DNA of 28,031 nucleotides from Paraphysomonas bandaiensis (taxonomy: Eukaryota > Protista > Chrysophyceae). The stretch lies in the NCBI GenBank assembly GCA_965644295.1, contig CBFFRP010000564.1, positions 1 through 28,031 of the forward strand, written 5' to 3'. Position 1 is the first letter of the stretch. Every line of letters begins with the position of its first letter. Positions 1 through 6,922 of the stretch are shown piece by piece. Under the pieces are notes generated by a model, which had not been told where the DNA came from, ran no database searches, and worked only from the letters and a program-made list of their open reading frames with translations. Position numbers and translations under genes: made by a program.

Positions 1-1323
1 CCTAAAAATCTGGCCGCGGAACAAATATTCAAGGGCAAGAAGCCAGGAAAACTTTTCAGAGATTTAAAGAAGAGCGCGGAGGTAGCAAATTCCAGAACGG
101 TTACCATCACGAGGGAAGAGAAGCGTTGCCCGGTGCGCATAGAATCTCTAAAGTTAGGAGTGGTGGCAAAAGCAATTAATGACATTTTAGTATTCCAAGA
201 GGAGGAGGAAACGGTAGTCAGGATACAGAAAGTTCTGTCCAGGAGTGTTAAGGATCATCTGCGAAATGTTTACAGCATTGCGTATTCAGATTTGGCTGCA
301 ATGGACTTGTCAGACTTATTGAGAATCGTTGCTAGAGAGACGCGAGTGTTCAATTGTGTGGGTTTCTACAACGAGCTCAGAGATGCTTTGAAGCACATCA
401 GAATTATGGAATGGAAACATGTAAACTCAGCCACTTTTGAAACGTTCTACAATCAGCAATTGAAGCTGATTCAGGCATTTAAGACCATATTGTCTATAAT
501 GTTGGACTCGGACAACAAGAAGTGGTGCCCGAGGGTTGATGATAAAGAATTCGGTTTAATTCGTCTTTTCAAAAACCTGAATGATGGAAGTTATGTGAAG
601 TTTGTACTGGGATGCATGTCTTCCAACCGCTTTGATTCTATGAATGAATTTTTTGAAGAGTACTCAGCTATTCTGTTGGATCACTACCAAGTAACTATAG
701 CTTACAAGCAAATACCTTTTGAGTCGAACATGCAGTTTCAACAAAAGCATGACGACTACATCAAAAGGAAGAGAGAGTTATTCAGCCAACACAACAATAG
801 CTCTAACTCTAGGAAGCCACAAACTAATCTACGTTTCTCTAGAGTGTCTCACATTGAAGCTTTTGATGATATAAACGAAGAGTGTGAGGATTATAGTTAC
901 TGTGAGGATGAGTTACATGTGGAGGAGGAAGCTTGGGATGCACCGAGTGAGACTTGGAAAACTGCCTTTCCAGGTTCACAACAGGACAATTCAGTGGAGT
1001 CTACGAAGGATACCACACCAGAGGAATTTAATCCCATGCTAGACGAAAGTCCTGATGTCGTCAAGGAACTGTCTGCGATGCATACCTCATATGAAACTCA
1101 GAACAAGAAGACTGAGAAGTACGGTTGTTTAAGGAAGATAATGTATGGGAAATGTAACAAACCGCAGTGCCCATACAATCATAATTCCAAATGTCTCCAA
1201 GATACTGCTGTCGAAATGAGAGAAAAGATCAACGCTTTCTTTCAAACGAAGGACGACACAGCACATCAGGAGAAACCTCCCGCTATCTTGAGGAGAGAAC
1301 GCTTCGGCGATTCTCGTCCTTGA
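1..1323 (+). CDS. gag: Gag-like protein of element A (5'-partial; frame is open from base 1)
   Basis: No stop in frame +1 from 1 to the TGA at 1321-1323. Lies directly upstream of pol. Has an acidic linker and a C-x8-C-x4-C-x3-H finger (CLRKIMYGKCNKPQCPYNH, 1126-1182). Called by position, not by recognised capsid homology. Confidence 0.8.
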   Translation, partial: PKNLAAEQIFKGKKPGKLFRDLKKSAEVANSRTVTITREEKRCPVRIESLKLGVVAKAINDILVFQEEEETVVRIQKVLSRSVKDHLRNVYSIAYSDLAAMDLSDLLRIVARETRVFNCVGFYNELRDALKHIRIMEWKHVNSATFETFYNQQLKLIQAFKTILSIMLDSDNKKWCPRVDDKEFGLIRLFKNLNDGSYVKFVLGCMSSNRFDSMNEFFEEYSAILLDHYQVTIAYKQIPFESNMQFQQKHDDYIKRKRELFSQHNNSSNSRKPQTNLRFSRVSHIEAFDDINEECEDYSYCEDELHVEEEAWDAPSETWKTAFPGSQQDNSVESTKDTTPEEFNPMLDESPDVVKELSAMHTSYETQNKKTEKYGCLRKIMYGKCNKPQCPYNHNSKCLQDTAVEMREKINAFFQTKDDTAHQEKPPAILRRERFGDSRP

Positions 1324-4300
1324 GGTAAGGAGGGATGTGAGGGTGTGGACCTGGATGAGTCTACAGTTAATGTTTGTGATGGAGATGCTGATTGCATGAA
1401 GCTCTCTAACTCTGAACATGAGACTAAAAATTCTTCCAAGGTTCGCACAGACAAGGATGAGGCAAAGCTGTACGCCTGCTATCCTTCCTCTAAAAGTTTT
1501 TCCTCAGCACATACCGTAGGTAGAGTAGTGATAGATAGAAAATTCAAAATGGAGGAATTAGTCAATGTATTGTGTGACACGGGGGCACTTGTGGCAAACT
1601 ATGTCGCAAAAGATTTAATTGAGAAACTTCGTGATAAACTACAGCCAAGCCGTTTCTACAAAGTGAAGCACAGAGTGGTATTAGCTGACAGCAGGACAGT
1701 CCAAGATTTGACTGAAGGAGTTCGACTGAATTTGGTATTGACTGATCCTAAGTCCCACACTTATCAATACACTGGAGAATTCTTGGTCATAGACATGAAA
1801 ACCAATGATATTATTTTGGGATTGCCTGCGCTGACTGGAAAGTTGTATCCTTTCATGTGTGCGGTTATGCGTGAGGCACATGAGACTCAAATCGAAGATG
1901 TCTCTAATAGTGAAAATTCGAATGTGTTGTCATCTCTGGTAGGGGACACGGTTGATTCTGATGACCGTGTGCACCCGTGGAGGAAAGCAAGTGAGGATAC
2001 CGCCCCAGAGGATGACGAAACAGAGTTGCCTGTCCAATTTAAAGATGCGTTGACATTCTTAGGAAAGTCTCGAGAGGAAGCTCTCCAAGACTATCATGAG
2101 CAGATTAAAACTCACGTTAGTGAAGAGTTGAAGAGTGGGACTAACATCATGGAATTGTTAACAACTAAAGCGGAAAAAGTGTTCGTGCCAGACGAGTGGA
2201 GCGGTGTGAGAGGTGTGGAGCCTTTGTCTCTGAAATGGAAAAGTACTCTCCCAGACAGGATGAAACCAAAGGCCAGGCCGATTAATCCAAAGCTGTGGGA
2301 GGCTTCGGAGAAGGAATTTCGACGATTGTGTGGCTATTTCTACAGAAAAAGTCGTTCTCCCTGGGCATCTTGCCTAGTGGTAGCTCCAAAAGCCACTCCT
2401 CCATACATACGTTTTTGTGGTGACTACGTGCAAATTAACAAGCATATGGAGGTAGGGAACTACACTATTCCCAATGTCAAGCATGAGCTTGACAAGATCA
2501 TCAACTTTCCACTGTACATGGACATAGACTTGACAAATGCTTTCCATCAGATTCCGTTGGCAGATGAAACATCAGAGAGGTTGTCTATTCAGACACCATG
2601 GGGGCAATATGCTCCAAACTTCATGCCAGAAGGCATTGCTCCTGCCACAGGTGTTCTACAAGAGACAGTGCGAGACATATTCAGTGACTTTTCTGAATGG
2701 GCAATTGTTATTTTTGATAATATGCTCATACTCGCACATGATGCTCAGGACGCCCATGAAAAATTTGAAAAGATTATTGACCGATGTATTGAAAGAAATG
2801 TAAAACTTAAAATGCCCAAGAGCTGGTTGGGATTTAGAAAAGTAGATTTCTTTGGATATGTTTGTCGACATAAGTCCTATGAAGTTAACCCCGAGAAAAA
2901 AGAAGCACTAGGAAAGATTCCGATGCCTACCACGACCAAGCAGGCTAGATCTCTTTTAGGCAAGGGTGTATTTTTCTCCAGCTTTACTCCAAAATACTCC
3001 GATTTGGTGGCTCATTTGACTGACATGACCAAAAAGACTTTTAATTGGGACAAAAGTACTTGGAGGCATGATTATGAAGCTGAATTCCGTCGCTTCATCA
3101 AGGGTCTTCAAGATTCATGTGAGCTGTTTTATCCAGACTATGAGCTGGAATGGACTTTACGAACCGATGCTAGTGAGTTGGGAGTAGGCGCTGTTTTGTT
3201 ACAGAAAAAGATATTTCCGAGTGGGGAAACACAATTACAGCCTATAGCTTTCATTTCGAAAAAATTTTCCACTCAGGCTCAGAAATGGGCGACCATTGAG
3301 CAAGAGGCTTATGGTATCTTCTATAGTGTCAAGCAATTAGCTTACTATTTGATTGGAAAGCAGTTCACCATTGAAACGGATCACAATAATCTGCTATGGA
3401 TGGAGGCATCAGAGGTACCGAAGATAACCAGGTGGAGGATTTTCCTACAATCTTTCAACTTTAATATTCGCCACATTTCTGGTGCTAAGAACTGGCTAGC
3501 GGATTGGTTGTCTCGGGAACATCAAGTAGCTGCCTTGTCAGGCATATTTTTAGATGAAGACTTGGATGATGTCTATTTTCTCGGCGATGATTGCACTGAG
3601 GACGAGTTTTTCAATTTCTTGGGAAATTTTATGGAACCTGAGGATCGAGAAATAGCACCTCCATCCGAGACACAAGTTACTCCTGAAGAAGCGTTGCTCC
3701 AAGTACATAACGCCCGAGTAGGACACATGGGAGGTAGAGCTACATGGATACGTTTGAATAAGGAGTTCCCGGGTCATAACATTCCTTATAAGGTTGTTGA
3801 GGATTATATTTCCAAGTGTCCAAATTGTGTGAAAACGAGATTAGCTATGAGAGAGGCTCTCATTCCTATAGTTCGAAATCTCAAGCCGCCAAATGCTAGG
3901 AGCGCTATTGGCATTGATGCAGTAGAGATTACACCGCATGGCGCGGATGGATATACTCATATCAATGTGGTGGTTAATCTTTTCACCAAGTTAGTATACC
4001 TTGAACCGGTAAAGGGAGTCACGGCCCTTAATCTTGCCAATACGGTTTGGAAATACTGGACTCACTATGGACACACAGATCTCATTATTTCGGATCAAGG
4101 ACCGGACTTGACTTCCGATCTATTCAAACAGTTGACCGAATATATGGGTGTCAGGCACACTTTCAGCATCGCTAACCGTCACGCTAACGGTTGTGAGCGC
4201 ATTATTGGGGAGGTTGTGCGACACTTGCGTGCTTTGGTCTATGATAACAGTGAGCGTGAAGAACGCAGAGATGTTTTTGAGGATCCCAGCTGGATAGCCA

Positions 4301-5310
4301 ATGTCCAATATATTTTGAATTCGGAGGTTTCATCAGAAACAGGCTATTCTCCTTTCGAGTTGACATTTGGCTCCAATGACCTCGAATATCTAACCATGGA
4401 CATCAAAGAGTTACCAGAAAAGGCTCATGCTCGCCTTTCTGCTCTCAATGATCAATTGGCGAAACTTCGTGAAGCTTCCAAAGCGTATCAACAAAAACTG
4501 GCTAGCGAGAGAGCCAGTGAGGGTGTTCATCCTGACAGACAAAACAGATATCAACCTGGCGACTTTGTATTGTTCGACAAGGGCGCTAAGGTGCATCCAA
4601 AAATGTCTCACAGGTACATGGGACCATTTACAGTCAAACATCAATACAAAAACGATGTTGACTGCCAGCATCTGGCGACTGGACAAATGGTACGCGTTTC
4701 TGTCAGTGATGTAAAATTATTTCCAGGAGATCGTGACACAGCATACAAAATGGCCTTGCGTGATCATGAACAACATGTCATAGATAAAATCCTTTATTAT
4801 AAAGGTGATCGCGACGTGAGATCTACTATGACTTTTACTGTGCGTTTCCAAGATGGTGATGTTAGAGAAGTGCCTTATAGCAAGGATCTTTTTGACTCGA
4901 TACCCTACGCTGAGTTTTGCTCCAGCAAAAGATATCTATACCATCTTATTTATTCTACTGAAGGTGCTAAGAAATACGTATCAGACATTCGCAAACAACC
5001 GATCACTCAATTTCAACCTGGTGATCTCGCATATGTCGATTTGCGAATTTATGGCGATGTCTGGTATGATGAGTTGGATCTACCAGATTCTCATCTGCTT
5101 ACTTATGTAGCTCCTATCCAGTTCACACACTGGTACCACAAGAGCTCTAAGCGAGTATTATCGGTAAAAGATCTTCTCACTCTCCGCACCTACCGTTATG
5201 ACAACTACCTGGTACATTGTTTCGTTCATTCAGAGGTGAATACCAGCAATATGGTACTAGTAGATGAGGATTTTGCCCGACAATTTCCACAAGTCCGTGA
5301 GTCTTATTAG
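1324..5310 (+). CDS. pol: Pol polyprotein of element A: aspartic protease, RT, RNase H, integrase, chromo-like C-terminus
   Basis: Protease LCDTGA (~1570-1587). RT SPWAS, DIDLTNAFHQI, IFDN. RNase H TDASELGVGAVL, EQEAYGI, TDHNNL, ADWLSR. Integrase H-x5-H...CPNC, IGIDAV / SDQG / CERI (DDE) and a GPF motif. The frame is open from 1324, in frame with gag. Confidence 0.97.
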   Translation, partial: GKEGCEGVDLDESTVNVCDGDADCMKLSNSEHETKNSSKVRTDKDEAKLYACYPSSKSFSSAHTVGRVVIDRKFKMEELVNVLCDTGALVANYVAKDLIEKLRDKLQPSRFYKVKHRVVLADSRTVQDLTEGVRLNLVLTDPKSHTYQYTGEFLVIDMKTNDIILGLPALTGKLYPFMCAVMREAHETQIEDVSNSENSNVLSSLVGDTVDSDDRVHPWRKASEDTAPEDDETELPVQFKDALTFLGKSREEALQDYHEQIKTHVSEELKSGTNIMELLTTKAEKVFVPDEWSGVRGVEPLSLKWKSTLPDRMKPKARPINPKLWEASEKEFRRLCGYFYRKSRSPWASCLVVAPKATPPYIRFCGDYVQINKHMEVGNYTIPNVKHELDKIINFPLYMDIDLTNAFHQIPLADETSERLSIQTPWGQYAPNFMPEGIAPATGVLQETVRDIFSDFSEWAIVIFDNMLILAHDAQDAHEKFEKIIDRCIERNVKLKMPKSWLGFRKVDFFGYVCRHKSYEVNPEKKEALGKIPMPTTTKQARSLLGKGVFFSSFTPKYSDLVAHLTDMTKKTFNWDKSTWRHDYEAEFRRFIKGLQDSCELFYPDYELEWTLRTDASELGVGAVLLQKKIFPSGETQLQPIAFISKKFSTQAQKWATIEQEAYGIFYSVKQLAYYLIGKQFTIETDHNNLLWMEASEVPKITRWRIFLQSFNFNIRHISGAKNWLADWLSREHQVAALSGIFLDEDLDDVYFLGDDCTEDEFFNFLGNFMEPEDREIAPPSETQVTPEEALLQVHNARVGHMGGRATWIRLNKEFPGHNIPYKVVEDYISKCPNCVKTRLAMREALIPIVRNLKPPNARSAIGIDAVEITPHGADGYTHINVVVNLFTKLVYLEPVKGVTALNLANTVWKYWTHYGHTDLIISDQGPDLTSDLFKQLTEYMGVRHTFSIANRHANGCERIIGEVVRHLRALVYDNSEREERRDVFEDPSWIANVQYILNSEVSSETGYSPFELTFGSNDLEYLTMDIKELPEKAHARLSALNDQLAKLREASKAYQQKLASERASEGVHPDRQNRYQPGDFVLFDKGAKVHPKMSHRYMGPFTVKHQYKNDVDCQHLATGQMVRVSVSDVKLFPGDRDTAYKMALRDHEQHVIDKILYYKGDRDVRSTMTFTVRFQDGDVREVPYSKDLFDSIPYAEFCSSKRYLYHLIYSTEGAKKYVSDIRKQPITQFQPGDLAYVDLRIYGDVWYDELDLPDSHLLTYVAPIQFTHWYHKSSKRVLSVKDLLTLRTYRYDNYLVHCFVHSEVNTSNMVLVDEDFARQFPQVRESY

Positions 5311-5472
5311 ACTCACACACTCTGCTTTGACTACTTCCTTCAATATAATTTATATATCCCATGAGTTAATCCGGATTGTCTTCGTTCTGATGGCTACGTC
5401 AAACCTAGTTCTGTTGGCATCTGTAGGCGCCGGATCGGGATTTACTCAGTTTTATTTCCAAAAAATTCAACC

Positions 5473-5487
5473 AAAGAGGGGAGGGGG
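5473..5487 (+). promoter_or_regulatory. Polypurine tract of element A
   Basis: AAAGAGGGGAGGGGG, then CAA, then the LTR start TGTGAC. Element B has the same arrangement. Confidence 0.9.
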
Positions 5488-5638
5488 CAATGTGACCACG
5501 TGGCATCTCGCGTGCCTTACTTACGTGGCTATAGTGTTTTCCTAAGGGGCTACAACAAGACACTAGATAGACTAACTACCAAGAAAACACTCAGAAATAA
5601 CAGTCATTATTATTTATCACAGCATTGAAAACAACCAT

Positions 5639-6376
5639 TCACTTACGGCGCAGTTTACTTTTTCGGTGATACCACTCACCGTAGTCAGCGAGCAGCTCTT
5701 CACCTGCCGGTATCGGTCTCAGAGTCTTGACCCAGACCACATCCAACCCAGACTCATCCATGCAGAATTCACAGTTGTAAGTCAGACCCGCAGCGAGATT
5801 CTCATCAAACAAGGTGTTTACGAACCTGCCGTGGTTATAAGGAGTCCTATGATATTTCCTCTCATGGCTGGGAACCGACATGAGATAACCTACGTCATAC
5901 TTCTCATGCTCGGCATCGATGTACACGGAGTCTTGCACACGAAGAATATAAGCACCCCAATTGGGGCACCGGTCATATATTTCTCCGCTATAGAGACACA
6001 CTAGGAATCCAGACGCCAGGTCCACTAGAGCAAAGAGTCCTTTCTGCTGGGGACTCAAGCCATCTGGGTTGGCTATGTTGAGCCCCTTCCTAACCTCGAC
6101 GTATGGATTGTCGGTTCCACAACGAGCATAGAAATCCAGAACGGAGGCGCAAACATCAGGGGCTTCATCAAGGGATGCACTGTGCAAATAGGGGACTACT
6201 CTGCAGTGTTTACCACGCACGTCCGAGTCTCCTTGTGGACATCGGACTGCAAAGTCTCTGGCCCGCCTCTTAGCTGCCTCTTCGCGAAAGGCCTGACGCC
6301 GGCGGTCTTCGTACTTCTTCTTGGAAGGCCGAACACGTGATTTGCATTTGCTTGGGTCTGTAATGGGTTCTTTCAT
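5639..6376 (-). CDS. SET-domain protein (putative lysine methyltransferase), 245 aa, antisense inside the LTR of element A
   Basis: SET motifs in canonical order: KGLFA, LYSGEI, YIDA, GRFVN, NCEF, VWVKTLRPIPAGEELLADYG. Arg/Lys-rich N- and C-termini. Intronless, ATG start, no post-SET cysteines. Confidence 0.92.
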   Translation of the reverse strand: MKEPITDPSKCKSRVRPSKKKYEDRRRQAFREEAAKRRARDFAVRCPQGDSDVRGKHCRVVPYLHSASLDEAPDVCASVLDFYARCGTDNPYVEVRKGLNIANPDGLSPQQKGLFALVDLASGFLVCLYSGEIYDRCPNWGAYILRVQDSVYIDAEHEKYDVGYLMSVPSHERKYHRTPYNHGRFVNTLFDENLAAGLTYNCEFCMDESGLDVVWVKTLRPIPAGEELLADYGEWYHRKSKLRRK

Positions 6377-6678
6377 TGCAAAATGCTGATTTAGGACAAC
6401 TGTTGTTTTGTTATGAAAGTGTACGTTAGTTAGTATTTTTCAAGTACAAGTGTAGTTATGAGGAATGCAACATGATATACATTATACAGTGTTGTACAAC
6501 CGTATTTGATAGAGTCGTTGACATGACTGTATATTGTTATACTGCTTGTATGACACAGCCTGCGTTGTGGTTGTGTGTTGCAACACAGTGTGACATGGAT
6601 GACGTTGTGTGTGTGCAGCTCTACGGTTGTCTTCATACTTTATGTTTCTGTTGTGACTCAGTTTTGTTTATGTTAACC

Positions 6679-6759
6679 ATACTTGGGTACTAGCGACCTG
6701 ACATCACTAGCGGTGGTGTTTGCGTGCTGATTCTTCGCGGGAGTCAGTCACTCGAGTAT
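6679..6759 (+). other. Predicted three-stem RNA structure in the LTR of A (R/U5 side)
   Basis: Closing stem TACTTGGGT (6680-6688) / ACTCGAGTA (6750-6758) encloses hairpins GACATCACT-AGC-GGTGGTGTT (6700-6720) and CTGATTCTT-CGC-GGGAGTCAG (6727-6747). Compensatory changes relative to the B copy. Confidence 0.65.
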
Positions 6760-6922
6760 AGTTGATTGAAACATAAGTTTACCTGTAATAATATCACTTC
6801 TTTGGTCTCATTGTCTTGATTCCTATACAGTGATAGTAGTTAGCGTTATCACGAGCCATAGTCTTGGTTATCAAACCAAACTGTGAGGTGACAGTTGAGT
6901 TGTCAAACGAGGCTGCGTCATA

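Larger units (their letters stand above)
1..6922 (+). mobile_element. Ty3/Gypsy (chromovirus-like) LTR retrotransposon, element A; 5' end lies upstream of the window
   Basis: gag-like ORF, then pol in PR-RT-RH-INT order, a polypurine tract at 5473-5487, and an LTR starting TGTGAC at 5491. The LTR ends GTCATA at 6922, where the RT coding sequence of element B resumes mid-domain. Confidence 0.95.
5491..6922 (+). repeat. 3' LTR of element A (1432 bp)
   Basis: Starts TGTGACCACGTGGCAT just after the PPT, identical to the start in B. Ends ...GTTGTCAAACGAGGCTGCGTCATA, which aligns with B's ...GTTATCAAACCTGGCTGTGTCATA. The partner 5' LTR is outside the window, so the ends are inferred. Confidence 0.85.

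Noticed and set aside
6679-6759. Hammerhead ribozyme or tRNA in the LTR structure
   Set aside because: No CUGAnGA/GAAA core and no TTC loop or anticodon arm geometry.
6865-6877. TGGTTATCAAAC as a tRNA-Met-like PBS, making A and B a tandem pair sharing one LTR
   Set aside because: The motif also lies ~25 bp inside B's LTR end, similarity between the LTRs continues to GTCATA, and what follows in A is mid-RT sequence rather than a leader and gag.
6895-6922. TTG start of the 970-aa ORF
   Set aside because: The first codons come from A's LTR and are in frame by chance; the ORF is an interrupted pol.
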